A stretch of 60,978 bases of DNA, taken from NCBI GenBank assembly GCA_036785375.1, contig JAWMAR010000578.1, positions 1,054,001-1,114,978 on the forward strand, read 5' to 3'. The translations under genes were made by a program, and so were the position numbers. This stretch comes from Leucoraja ocellata (taxonomy: Eukaryota). The notes under the pieces were generated by a model. The model was given only the letters and a program-made list of their open reading frames with translations, was not told the DNA's origin and made no database searches. How positions within the stretch are numbered: position 1 is the stretch's first letter; each line of letters opens with the position of its first letter. Positions 10,901-23,510 of the stretch are shown in pieces.

Positions 10901-13900
10901 AACATTTGCCCACTCACCCAGCCTATCCAAGTCACCCTGCAGTCTCCTAGCATCCTCCTCACAGCTAACACTGCCCCCCAGCTTAGTGTCATCCGCAAAC
11001 TTGGAGATATTGCCTTCAATTCCCTCATCCAGATCATTAATATATATTGTAAATAGCTGGGGTCCCAGTACTGAGCCTTGGGGTACCCCACTAGTCACTG
11101 CCTGCCATTGTGAAAAGGACCCGTTTACTCCTACTCTTTGCTTCCTGTTTGCCAGCCAGTTCTCTATCCACATCAATACTGAACCCCCAATGCCTTGTGC
11201 TTTAAGTTTGTATACTAATTTTTTATGTGGGACCTTGTCGAAAGCCTTCTGGAAGTCCAGATACACCACATCCACTGGTTCTCCCCTATCCACGCTACTA
11301 GTTACATCCTCGAAAAATTCTATAAGATTCGTCAGACATGATTTACCTTTCGTAAATCCATGCTGACTTTGTCCAATGATTTCACCACTTTCCAAATGTG
11401 CTGCTATCCCATCTTTAATAACTGACTCTAGCAGTTTCCCCACTACCGATGTTAGACTAACTGGTCTGTAATTCCCCATTTTCTCTCTCCCTCTCTTCTT
11501 AAAAAGTGGGGTTACGTTTGCTACCCGCCAATCTTCAGGAACTACTCCAGAATCTAAAGAGTTTTGAAAGATTATTACTAATGCATCCACTATTTCTGGA
11601 GCTACTTCCTTAAGTACTCTGGGATGCAGCCTATCTGGCCCTGGGGATTTATCGGCCTTTAATCCATTCAATTTACCCAACACCACTTCCCGGCTAACCT
11701 GGATTTCACTCAATTCCTCCAACTCCTTTGACCCGCGGTAGATGCACAGATTCTACTCTGGGTAGAATCTGTGCATCTACCCGATCTATTCCCCTCATAA
11801 TTGTGTACACTTCTATAAGATCTCCCCTCATCCTCCAACGCTCCATGGAATAGAGACCCAGCCTACTTAACGTCTCCCTATAGCTCACACACTCTCTAGA
11901 CCTGGCAACATCATCGTAAATCTTTTCTGAACCATTTCAAGATTGACAATATCTTTCCTATAACATGGTGCCCAGAACTGAACACTATATTCTAAATGTG
12001 GTCTCACCAACGTCTTATACCACTGCAACATGACCTACCAACGTCTATACTCAATACTCTGAATGATGAAGGCCAAAGTGCCAAAAGCCGTTTTGACCAC
12101 CTGCGATTCGACCTTCAAGGAACCATGCACTTGTACTCCTAGACCCCTCTGCTCTACACCACTAGCATTTACTGTTTAGGTCCTGCCCTTGTTCGACTTC
12201 CCAAAATGCAACACCTTAAACTTCTCTGTATTAAATTCCATCAACCATTCCTCTGCCCACGTGGCCAAGCGATCCAGATCCTGCTGCAATCGTTCATAAC
12301 CATCTTCACTATCTGCAAAACCACTAACTTTTGTATCATCAGCAATCTTGCTAATCTTGCCCTGTTTGTTTTCATCCAAATCATTGATGTAGATGCCAAA
12401 CAGTAACGGGCCCAGCACCGAACCCTGTGGCACACCACTAGTCACTGGCCTCCATTCTGAGAAGCAATCTTCCACTAACATTCTATTTTCTTCCATGGAG
12501 CTAATTTACTATCCATTCAGCTATCTCTCCTTAGATCCCACGAGATCTAACCTTCCAAAACAGCCAACCATGCGGCACCTTGTCGAATGCCTTATTAAAA
12601 TCCATGCACACAACATCTACCCCTCTGCCATCATCAACCTTTTTGCCCACGTTTTCAAAAACAATCAATCAGATTGTGAGACACGACGTCCCACGTACAA
12701 AACCATGCTGACTGTCCCTAATCAGCCCATGCCCATCCAAATGCATGTATAACCTATCCCTCAGAATACTCCACAGTAACTTATCAACTACAAATGTTAA
12801 GCTCTCCAGCCTATAGTTCCCAGCATTTTCCCTGCAGTCCTTCTTGAAAAGAGGCACAACATTTGCCACCCACCAATCCTCTGGCACCTCTCCTGTATTT
12901 AAGGACGACATACATTTAATCCAGGGCCTCCGCAATTTCCTCCCTTGTTTCCCGCAATGTCCTCTGATATATCCGACCAGGCCCCAGAGATTTGACTACC
13001 TTCAAACACGACAGTACCTTTAGTACTTCCTCGACAGTACTTCCTCGATGCTCTCATGACACTTCCAGTAACTGCTCCAATTTCCTCCATCCTACTGTTT
13101 TCTCCTTGGTAAATGCAGAGGAGAAATACTCTTTGAGGACCTTACCCATCTCCTGTGGCTCCACGCAGAGGTGACCGCTTTTATTCCTGAGAGGTCCCAC
13201 TTTCTCTCTGGTTATCCTTTCCCCCCTTATGTTTTTACAAAATCTTTTCGGAATGTCTTTTATGGTACCCGCCAGAGCTATCTCCTGGCCAATTTTTGCC
13301 CTTCTGATCTCCTTTTTTAGTTTGCTCCTTATTTCCCAAAACTCCTCCAGTGATGCACTTATCCCAACTGCCTTTACCTGTCCCATGCATCCTTCTTGTT
13401 TTTGACTAACGTCTCAATTTCCCTCGTCAGCCAAGCTTCTTCACGTTTGCCTGCTTTGCCTTTCACTCTAACGGAGACGTACACACCCGGAGCTCTCTAC
13501 AGCATACGTTTAAAACATCCCACTTGGCCGATGTTCCTTCCCCCTCAAATAACCTGCCCCAGTCAAGTTGAGCTAGACCTTCTCTCATACCCTCAAAATA
13601 GGGAAATATCTCAGCATTGCAAAGTAATTTCCCGACTATATATAAAGAACGTGTACCTCTATCCCCATCTCACTGATTGTGTCTTTTTGATTTTTTTTGT
13701 TTGCTAACACCTCTGACAGCCTTGAAGGTTTAGCCACGTCACAGACACTATAAATATTGAAGATGCAGATATAATTTAGAAAACAGATGAGAGCATATGA
13801 TACGTCAGTTTGCCCGAACTCCCGCGGTGAATAAACACGGTCCACATTCAGCCCGTCTAGTCGTGTTTGAGCTGTATCCAACAATATTTCTAAATCGGAT

Positions 13901-16900
13901 CGGAGGTCTCCCTCTGTTCCCAGTTCTGTTTGCCAGTCTTACCTGGCTTGACGGTGTAGTCGACTCTGGCCGGGACCGCAAGGGAGACATGTGACACTAG
14001 GCAGGTGTAAATATCAACGCGCCAGGTAGGCTTCGTTACTTGGAGAAAGCTGGAAGCCACATACAACTCCTCCACGCTACTGGTGTTCACACGTTCTTCT
14101 CCGGTGGAAATTGTTACACCATTTCTTTGCCAGGATATTTTCACTTCCTTCGGGGAAAACGCAGCCGTTTTACACACAAGTCTGGGCGGCGAACTGCCAT
14201 TAACTTGGCTAATGCTCAGGGGAGTTGGCGGAGCTGTAACAGAAGAAAACATATGTTGCATATTTTCTTTCCAATTCAACGATAACATTCTAGTTTGCCT
14301 CGTCACACCGCGACCTTGCACTCCCACCATCAGATCGGTTATCGGTACAATCGCTTTTGCACCCACTGATTTGTCATTGTTTTAGATTTGACAGTGAAAT
14401 ATATCCAAGCAATACATAAGGAATCCGAGGTTTGGATGTAGGTAGTATGTGGGCTTCTGAACAATCGCCAATGTTCTGAAGTGCCAAATCAGTAGCGTGG
14501 AGGGGGGTGTATCATCGCTGGCAACAAAATTTTATGTTCAGTTCAAAAATGACTGTTTCTATGAGATTTTGGTGTAAAGAATGATACGTGTAGAGTGGAA
14601 TATCACAGAGATACACAGCACAGCACAGCACAGAGCAGCGCAGATTGCGTTATTAAACCTCCATCTCTACTTATTCATTTTTCATCTCCTGTCAACTTTC
14701 CTCTTCACTCCTCACCACGACCAATCAACCGGGACAATTTACAGAGACTAGTTTTCCTACCAACCTGCAGATCTGTGGCACGCGGAATAAACCGGAGCAC
14801 CGGAGGAACGTCTATGCGTTGAAGGGGACAACTATATATGGACGCACGCAGGATCTGGGTTGAAGGTGGGTCGCTGAAATTGTGGGCAGCGCTAACCAAT
14901 GTAGCGCTGTATATATCCAGATGTCACCAATATCAATAATCAAGAGGAAGGCCGTAGTTGCATAGATGAAAGCTTGGGCCACACAATTGTTTAATACCTG
15001 GGATGGAGGGCTCAAGTGATACAGCTTTTGGCCCGGGACGTTTCTCCACAACGCTAACTGAACAATTTGAGCATGATAGAGTTATACTAATAATTATTAA
15101 GAAGGAAATGCAGATGTCTGGAGAAGGATCTCGACCCATTCCTTCTCTCCAGTGATGCTGCCTGTCCCGTTAAGTTACTCCAGCTTTTTGTGTCTATTTA
15201 TTGATAATTAGTATCGCCGTGCAAATATTAGACACTTCTTCAATAATTACAATACGCGAATGGGAAATCCAAATTAGACTACGTCTCTTCTACAATTTTG
15301 CCATTTTCCAAATGTACTCGGTTTGTTGAAGACGTTTGGTCTGAATAAGATTTCACTTATATCAGCACGGAGTGGGTAATTTGCGAACGATGATCTACCT
15401 CCGTCGGATCTACAATCAGTAGGTAGTTAGTAGGAGGCCTCTTGTTAAATCGCTGTACGAGTTGATGACTACGAGTTTAATAAGTTTTAAATATTTTTAC
15501 ATTCCGTTTCTTTAGTAACAGGTTGTTGGATCGGTTTCTTTATTGAACTCGGAGGAGACCTCGATGCTTATTCTCAGCCTCGGCGAGTGCATCATCAGCT
15601 AAAACGTAAAATTAATATGTGGCACGAACACAGATCTATTTAGATAGAATGAATAACGTGGAGAGACTGATTCTTGTGGGAAACGTGGTTGAGTCATGTA
15701 AGAATGTAATTGTAAGGACGGGAGCTCAGGCGTTTGCCCCAATGCCGTTAAATCTTACTCGTATTTTATAAAGGTTAAGGGTTTAATGAGAATCCTCGGA
15801 GTGAGACGGTGATATTCTGTCCCTGGAGTAAGAATCGAGCAAATCAAACCTCTCAACGGTTTATAGGATTCATCTGTATAATAACCACGGTGGTTTGATC
15901 CGGGGTTCAGCTTCGTTTACAGCCGACGAATAAGAGTAGAATATTTAAGGCCGAGGCCGCTCCGTTGTTCAATTCAATCGTGGGTGGTTTGTGCGTCAGG
16001 TCTCTGTGTCACAAACCCTGTTGTCACATACCCCACGATACCTAATCTAAATGAATATTCTAACATCCCAATCTCGAGAGATCGATTTATTTTCGTGTTT
16101 CCAGACTTTAAGTGATTAAATGATTACAGATTTCGGAGAATCTGAATCGTGGGCAATAACGCCAAAGTGCACAGCGCGAATCTGCAGGAGAGCAATGGAA
16201 AATGTCTGGAGAAGTACGATATGAGGAAAAGGACATTTTCGCTCTACACAGATGCTGGCCCACTTACGGATTATTTAAATATATCAGATTTGGAACGGTT
16301 TGTTTTTATAGTATAAATCTTATCGAGTTTTTGCCGAGTTATAAAATGTCATGTTATTCATATCAGCGAGCTTTACTTGTACCCCGGGAAGCTTAAAATG
16401 TCTCCCTTACAGGGCACTTACCGAACACGGTGAGCCTTGAGCCAGGTCCATCTCCGATAGATTGCTGCTGTTGTTTCAATTTACAATAATAAACTCCGGA
16501 GTCCGCGATTTTCGTATTCAGGAGAATGAAATCCGCACTGCCCTTTCTGATAGAAAATTGTTTTCTGCTGTCTGGTTCTATAAATGTCTTCTCGCCCCAT
16601 CTCCACCAGTAAACATCAGGAGTAACTTGTTGTATTGAGAATGTGCAGAACATGGACGCATTGCCTCCTCTGTGGACGGTCAGGTCTTTAGGGAATTGGT
16701 CCACTTTGGTTGAAGTTACTTCGAAGGCTGCCAGAAATAAAACAAGAATACTGAAAACAGCTGGCCATCCGGACAAGCAAAATGAACAAAGAGTTGAAAA
16801 ATTCAAAATAAACTAGAATCGGACATAAACGAATTAAGAAGCACTGTAACTAAATTCGTGCTTGGTAACCAACATAGAATATTCTAAGGAGATACAAGAA

Positions 16901-17185
16901 ATGCACCGGCTGGTTTACAAAAAAAGACACCGAGTGTTGGAATAACTCAGCGGCCAGGAGTCTTCTTTAGATTCTGAAGTAGTTTCGACCCGAAACGTCA
17001 CCTATCCACGTTCTCCTAAGATGCTGTCTGACCCACGGAATTACTCCAGAACGTTGTGTCTTTTTTTTTTAAATAGAATATTATAAAACATGACATGGGA
17101 TTCGGAAACCCCACATGTATCTAAACGTACCGTGCCAAACTGTAGCCAGAAGAGTCATGTATCGAACTGATGCTCCAAACGACAT
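7910..17185 (-). CDS. Gene C: VJ-C1 Ig-superfamily receptor with Arg-containing TM and short non-ITIM tail (putative activating paralogue), 6 coding exons, 290 aa
   Basis: Exons: leader 17131-17185, V 16422-16727, C1 13943-14233, TM 9230-9334, cyt1 8001-8096, terminal 7910-7929 (DRARNG*). All junctions are phase 1 AG/GT, total 873 nt. AATAAA on the minus strand at 7768-7773. Confidence 0.8.
8218..8398. mobile_element. Penelope-derived fold-back insertion with 15-bp target-site duplication
   Basis: Perfect ~57-bp inverted repeat (8278-8334 / 8342-8398). AAGACATCTAACGGG occurs at 8203-8217 and 8398-8412. Confidence 0.75.
9230..9334 (-). CDS. Gene C transmembrane exon with intramembrane Arg
   Basis: GSASVVLVLRNVGGTLIILLVLATLRIVFGSSSAK, bounded by ctgcag| and G|gtgaat. 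Shares the VGG motif and the later Arg with the A and B TMs. Confidence 0.8.
9750..13565 (-). mobile_element. Older CR1 LINE, split by the 10064-11735 insertion
   Basis: RT fragments at 11706-11888, 12176-12496, 12669-12935 and 13054-13386. Its 3' end is at 9750-10062. Confidence 0.85.
10064..11735 (-). mobile_element. Young 5'-truncated CR1 LINE with an uninterrupted 520-aa RT ORF, nested in an older CR1
   Basis: ORF 10160-11722 contains SGVPQGSVLGP and SKFADDTKL, followed by a (TTTCTATG)n tail. Confidence 0.95.
13943..14233 (-). CDS. Gene C Ig C1-set exon
   Basis: LVCKTAAFSPKEVKISW...IYTCLVSHVSL, bounded by ttacag| and |gtaag. Confidence 0.93.
16422..16727 (-). CDS. Gene C Ig V-type (VJ-joined) exon
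   Basis: SMFCTF..VYWWRWG..DSGVYYC..GDGPGSRLTVF, bounded by ggcag| and G|gtaagt. Confidence 0.93.
17131..17185 (-). CDS. Gene C leader exon (MSFGASVRYMTLLATVWH)
   Basis: 55 nt, donor G|gtacgt, homologous to leaders A and B. Confidence 0.78.
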
Positions 17186-17984
17186 TTTGCAAAATGAGGT
17201 GGTCGCTTGCTGCAAATGAGGAAGCCTCTTCAAAGATTCGTGTATTTCATGACGCCGGATATCATGTGACAGTGCAGTGGGTTTCATATTTAGTTTTATT
17301 TTAAGGCATCCCATCTCATCTCGCAGGTGAAACATTTATGCTTGATGTAGAATTTTCTCCTAGACCTTCCGGGAGCACTAAAGAATCCCGAGAGCAGAAG
17401 CTATCACTAATTGAATTACACAAACAAAATGGAGACACGAGGAACTGCAGGTGTTGGGACTGAATGAAGGGACCCGAAACGTCCATATTACCGTTATATT
17501 ATTCCAGTAGTTTTCTACCACAAACACAATTCCGTTCTTCCGTGTATTTTACTAGTTTTCTCGTTCCACGTAAATTATTTTTGTACTGCTCGACGGACCC
17601 AACAAGCTATCCAGCACCTATAGAGCAAATGGATACCTCTAATCTGCTGTGTTCCTTCAGCAAAGAACAGAATGCTGGAGGAACTCAGCGGGTCAGGCAG
17701 CATCGGCGGAAGGAATGGACAGACGATATTTTAGATGGCGAACCTTGCCCTGTTCGCGAAGGCCAGCTGGAGCTCTAGGTTGCTAACCATTTGAACGCAC
17801 CTTTTCCTTCCCATACCGACCTTTCCGTCCCTTCCGTCCCCCACTGCCAGAGTGAGACCAACACACAAACTGGAAGACCAGCACTTTACATTTCGCTTGA
17901 GTAGCTTACAAACTAATGGTTTGAACATTATATTTTCAAATTTCAGGTACTACGATACGACACAATGTGTGTGAAGGAGCTGCA

Positions 17985-20117
17985 GCTGCTGGTACTGGAC
18001 CCCAAGAAAGTGAGTTTGTGGAGTGCCTCCGAGATGGATTCTTAGAGCAGCTTGTACTGGAACCTACCAGGGAGAAGGCAATTTTGGATTTAGTGTTGTG
18101 TAATAAACCGCATTTGATAAAGGGAACTCGATGTCAAGGAGCCATTAGGAGGTGGTGACCATAATCTGATACATTTTAATCTACAATTTGAGAGGGAGAA
18201 GGATAAATCGGAGGTGTCAGTATTACAGTTGAACAAAGGGGATTATGAAGCGATGAGGGAAGAGCTGGCCAAAGTTGACTGGAAAGATACCCTAGCAGGG
18301 ATGGCAATGGATTCAACAATGGCAGGTATTTCTTGGAATAATACTGAAGGTTCAGGATCAGTTCATTCCAAAGAGCAAGAAAGATTCCAAGGGGAGTAAG
18401 GGGCGACCGTGGCTGAGAAGGGAAGTCAGGGACAATATAAAAATAAAAGAGAAGGCATATAAAATAGCATAGATGAACAGGAAGCCAGAAGATTGGGAAA
18501 CGTTTAAATAGCAACAGAAGATAACTAAAAAGGCAATACGGGGAGAAAAGATGAGGTACGAAGGTAAGCTGGCCCAGAATATAAAGGAGGATATTAAAAG
18601 CTTATTTAGGTATGTGAAGAGGAAAAAAAAGTTGGGATCAAAGTTGGACCATTGAAGACTGAGAAAGGTGAATTTTTATGGGGAACAAGGAAATTGCAGA
18701 CGAGTTGAACAGGTACTTTGGATCCATCTTCACTAAGGAGGACACAAACAATCTCCCTGATGTACCAGTGGGCATAAGATCTAGGGTGACGGAGCAACTG
18801 AAGGAAATGCACACTAGGCAGGAAATGGTGTTGGGTAGACTGATGGGACTGAAGACTGATAAATCCCCAGGGCCCGATGACCTGCATCCCAGGGTACTTA
18901 AGGAGGTGGCTCTGGAAATCATGGACGCATTGGTGATTATTTTCCAATGTTCTGTAGATTCAGGATCAGTTCCTGTGGATTGGAGGGTAGCTAATGTTAT
19001 CCCACTGTTTAAGAAAGGCGGGAGAGAGAAAGCAGGGATTTATAGACCAGTTAGCCTGACATCGGTGGTGGGGAAGATGCTGGAATTAATTATAAAAGAT
19101 GATATAGCCACACCTAACGTATTCAAATACGGACATGAAATTAAGTGCTGACAGGTCTTCGTGTGTTTTATACGTTTTGCTCTCTTGCATGTGAAGATAA
19201 TGTATCAGTTTCAATGTATTACCTGACATATTGCAGAGAAGCGCCAAAAGTCGGGCATTATAACATCATCTGACACAAAGCTGGGGGGCAGTGTTAGCTG
19301 TGAGGAGGATGCTAGAAGGCTGCAAGGTGACTTGGATAGGTTGGGTGAGTGGGCAAATGCATGGCAGATGCAGTATAATGTGGATAAATGTGAGGTTATC
19401 CACTTTCGTGGCAAAAACAGGAAAGTAGACTATTATCCGAATGGCGGCCGACTAGGAAAAGGGGAGATGCAACGAGACGTGGGTGTCATGGTACACCAGT
19501 CATTGAAAGTAGGCATGCACGTGCAATAGGCAGTGAAGAAAGCAAATGGTATGTTAGCATTCATAGCAAAAGGATTTGAGTATAGGAGCATGGAGGTTCT
19601 ACTGCAGTTGTACAGGGTCTTGGGGAGACCACACCTGGAGTATTGCGTACAGTTTTGGTCTCCTAATCTGAGGAAAGACATTCTTGCCATAGAAGGAGTA
19701 CAGAGACGGTTCACCAGACTGATCCCTGGGATGGCAGGACTTTCATATGAAGAAAGACTGGATAGACTCGGCTTGTACACGCTAGAATTTAGAAGATTGG
19801 GGGGAATCTTATAGAAACTTATAGAAGTCCAGAACTAGAGGTCACAGTTTAAGGATAAGAGGGAAGTCTTTTAGGACCGAGATGAGAAAATCATGTTTTA
19901 CACAGAGAGTGGTAAATCTGTGGAATTCTCTGCCGAAGGTAGTTGAGGCCAGTTCATTGGCTATATGTAAGAGGGAGTTAGATGTGGCCCTTGTGGCTAA
20001 AGGGATCAGGGGGTATGGAGAGAAGGCAGGGATGGGATACTGAGTTGGATGATCAGCCATGATCATATCGAAAGGCTGAATGACCTACTCCTGCACCTAT
20101 TTTCTATGTTTCTATGT
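17985..20117 (+). mobile_element. CR1 LINE with an internal RT deletion replaced by about 160 nt of unrelated sequence (19110-19270)
   Basis: EN end (ILDLVLCN), then KSPGPDDLHPRVLKE...YRPVSLTS, then the RT C-terminal part and a (TTTCTATG)n tail. Confidence 0.9.
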
Positions 20118-20509
20118 TTCCATCTCTTTCAGATGAAAATAGTCGACTTTTCTTTCCAGGGCCCCATGATGTATCCGATTATGTTTGAAGGTCAGGTTGA
20201 ACAAAATTGTTTTCCTGACATCGATTTTACAACAACTAGTCAGGGAAAGTATAAATGGTCCAATAGTCGACACTGTCAGGGACAGATTAACACGTTTAAA
20301 AATGAATATCATTTGATATTGTGAAAATTGATTCCCTTATTTTTTCTTTCCAGAGTACAGAAAGGAGTTCGTGAAACCTTATGGAGCGCAGAAAAAAGAC
20401 TAAGCACCTTGTCGCCTGATGCCAAGACAACAACTTCCACCGCAATGTCAGCAAGTCAAGGGGCATTGCGATTTAATTCTGGAAGCAAAACAGTGCACAC
20501 ACTCATTAT

Positions 20510-21250
20510 ACGTTGATGGCGTCGAAATAGAGATGGTTGAAAGTTTCAAGTTTCTAGGAATAAATATCACCTGCAATTTGTCCCGGGCCACATACAACGA
20601 AGGTATGGGGAAGAAAGTGCACCAATACCTCTACTTGCTTGGAAAGCCGATGAAGTTCGGTTTGTCCCCAGCAACCCTCAACAACCTGTAAACATGTGCT
20701 CCAGAAAGCATGTTTTAGCATGCATCACCTACTGCTTTAAAAACAGCTCCACCCAAGGTCACAAGGAATTGCAGAGAGTTGTGGATGTAGACCAAACCAT
20801 CAGACAAACCAACATCCCTCCCGTTGACTCCACACACACTTCACATCACCTTAGCAAGATCACCAGCATAATCAAGGACCAGTCTCACTCTGGTCGTTCC
20901 ATCTTCTCCCCTCTTCCACCAGGCAAGAGGTACAGATGTGTGAAAAGGGATATCCCCAGATTCAGGGATAATATTCCCAGCTGTTATCGGTCAACTGACG
21001 ATACTCTCATCAGCTGGAGAGCGGTCCTGGTCCTAACCTCTCGTCTACCTCATTGGATACCTTTGAACTATTTTAAATCGGACTTTATCAGCTTTATCTT
21101 GTACTAAATGAGGTGCGTATCCTTTATCTGTGCTCTGTGGATGGCTTGATTGTATTCATGTATCGTCCTTTCCTTGACTGGATCGCATACAATTAAAAGA
21201 GTTTCTTTGTACCTCGGAACAAGTGGCAATATTACACTAAACTAAACTGA
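20510..21250 (+). mobile_element. Rex1/Babar-type LINE 3' fragment
   Basis: VEMVESFKFLGINIT...ELQRVVDV...FSPLPPGKRYR, with an (ACTAA)n tail. Confidence 0.75.
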
Positions 21251-21459
21251 ATAACTCGCGTGGTAACTTTTTCACAAAAAGGGTGGCGGGTGTATGGGGC
21301 GAGCTGCCGGAGGAGGTACTCGATGCAGGTAATATCGCGCCATTCAAGAAACATTTAGACAGGTACATTGATATGATAGGTGTAATGGGATATGGGCCAA
21401 ACACAGGCTGGTAGGATTAGTGTAGATGAGACATGTTGGTCGGTGTTGGCAATTTCCGT

Positions 21460-22270
21460 TCAGTCCAGTGTAGTTCAGTTTAGTCCAATTTAGTTTATGT
21501 TCACGTGTACCGAGGTACAGTGAAACGCTTTTGTGCGTGCTAACCAGTCAGCAGAAAGACAATAAATGATTACAATCGATCCATTTACAATGATACATGA
21601 TAAGGGAATAGCGTTTAGTGCAAGGTAAATTTGAGCCAGCAAAGTCCGATCAAAGATAGTCCGATAGTCATCAAAGAGGTAGTTCAGCAATGCTCTTAGG
21701 TTGTGGCAGGATGATTCAGTTGTCTGATAACAGCTGGGAAGAAACTGTCCTGAATCTGGCGGTGTGCGTTTTTACACTTCTATACATTTTGCCTGATCAG
21801 AGAGGGAAGAAGAGGGTGTGGCCAGGCCTTGATTATGCTGCTGGCCTCGAGGAAGCAGCGTGGGCTATAAATTGAGACAATAGAAGGGAGATTGGCCTGT
21901 GTTATGGTCCGGGCTGTGTCCACAATTCTCTGCAATTTCTTGCCGTCTTGGATGGAGCTTGTTCCCACACCGAGCTGTGATGCATCTTGATAAAATACTT
22001 TCTACGGTGCATCTGAAGCGGTTGGTGAGAGTTGTCGGGGACCTGCCAAACTTCCTTAGCCGTCTAAGGAATTAGAGGCGTTGGGTGTGCCTTCTTGGTC
22101 GTTGCTTCAATATGCGTGGTCCAGGAGATGTAGTTGGTGATATTGACGCCTAGGAATTGGAATTTTTTAACGATCTCTACTTCGGCACCGCCAATGCAAA
22201 CTGGGGTATGTGAACCGCTTCGCTTCCTGAAGTCGATCACTATCCCCTTTGCCTTGCTGACATTGAGATG
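21460..22270 (-). mobile_element. Rex1/Babar-type LINE 3' fragment
   Basis: KKLQRIVDTARTIT, and a 3' UTR containing ctttcactgtacctcggtacacgtg. Confidence 0.75.
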
Positions 22271-22304
22271 GGTCTGTTTCTATGACATGTCGTGAAATTG
22301 AAGC

Positions 22305-22610
22305 ACCGACTTTGCAGAGCAACTTTACATACAATTGCCTTAAAGAAACAGACTTTCAAATAAATTGCTCAAATTACATTTTTAATGGCCAAGTTAAGCA
22401 TCGAAAGTAATAAGGCGAGCATTCTGCAAATAGATTGTCTGAGCGCAGCGCAACATGACTTTTAACCACAGAGTGTTTCCACGATCTCATCAGCAGGCTC
22501 GCGAGTGCAATTCTATTATCTGCTGTTTGAGGCTTTCCATTTGCTCGAGCTACAAACACATTCACTGAAGGAAAAATGGAGATGTGCAGCATCAAACAAA
22601 AAAACATTGG
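22305..22610. promoter_or_regulatory. Conserved upstream element, copy next to gene C
   Basis: ACCACA 22465-22470, TTTCCA 22476-22481, then CGATCTCA. Confidence 0.6.
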
Positions 22611-22639
22611 GCCCGACTAACCCATGGAGACCGAGATAC

Positions 22640-22990
22640 CTATCTACATTCATGCCCTTTTCCTGTCCTTATCCTTTTATTCATTTTATATTCGTGTGTC
22701 TTCCTAAATCCGTTTAAAACTGTGATTATATCTACCTTTGACACCTTCTCTGGCAGATTGTTCCATATATTCACTGCATGGAAACCTCCCTCGAAGGCAT
22801 CCTTTAAATATTTCCCTCTTCCCTTTATACATATCTCTTCTAGTTTTAGACCCCTCCACCCCTTTGAATAAAGACTGTGACTATCTTCCCTGTTTATGAG
22901 GGTCATAATTTCATAAACCTCATTAAGGTCACCATGCAACCGCCTATGTTTCAGTTTGATCAACCCCAGCCCATCCAACGTCTTCTTTTA
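22640..22990 (-). mobile_element. Old CR1 3' fragment
   Basis: RRLHGDLNEVYEIM...VNIWNNLP. Confidence 0.7.
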
Positions 22991-23303
22991 TCTATAGTCC
23001 CCCATTCCAGACAAGACGTGAACAAACGTGTAGGAAGGAAATGCAGACGCTGGTTTAAACTGAAGATAAACACACTCAGTCTGAAGAAGGGTATCGACCG
23101 GGAACGTCACCCATTCCTTCTCTCCAGAGATGCTGCCTGTCCTGCTGAGTTATACCAACTTTTTGCATCAATCTTAAACCGCGAACAAATATCTTCTCTA
23201 CTGTTCTAGCGCGACCAAAACCTTTTAATAGCGTTGTGAGCAGTACCAAACATAATATTTCAAGAGTATCCTACCCAATGGCTAGTAGTGAAGCAACATA
23301 AGT

Positions 23304-23333
23304 CTGAAGAAGGGCTTGGACCCGAAACGTTGC
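23304..23333 (+). ncRNA. Minimal hammerhead ribozyme motif of a Penelope terminal repeat (representative copy)
   Basis: CTGAAGA-A-GGG(cttgga)CCC-GAAAC-GTT gives the CUGANGA and GAAAC core boxes with a short stem II. Confidence 0.55.
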
Positions 23334-23510
23334 CTATTTCCTTCGCTCCATAGATGCTGCTGCACCCGCTGAGTTTCTCCAGCACTTTTGTCTAGCTTGC
23401 CAACTATATCCCTCTCACCTCCCGCTCCCCCCATGCCCTTCTCCACCCCCCCCCCCCCCCCCCCCCCCTCCCCATCCCCGCGCTACACTTGTAAACACTA
23501 AAAATATTAC

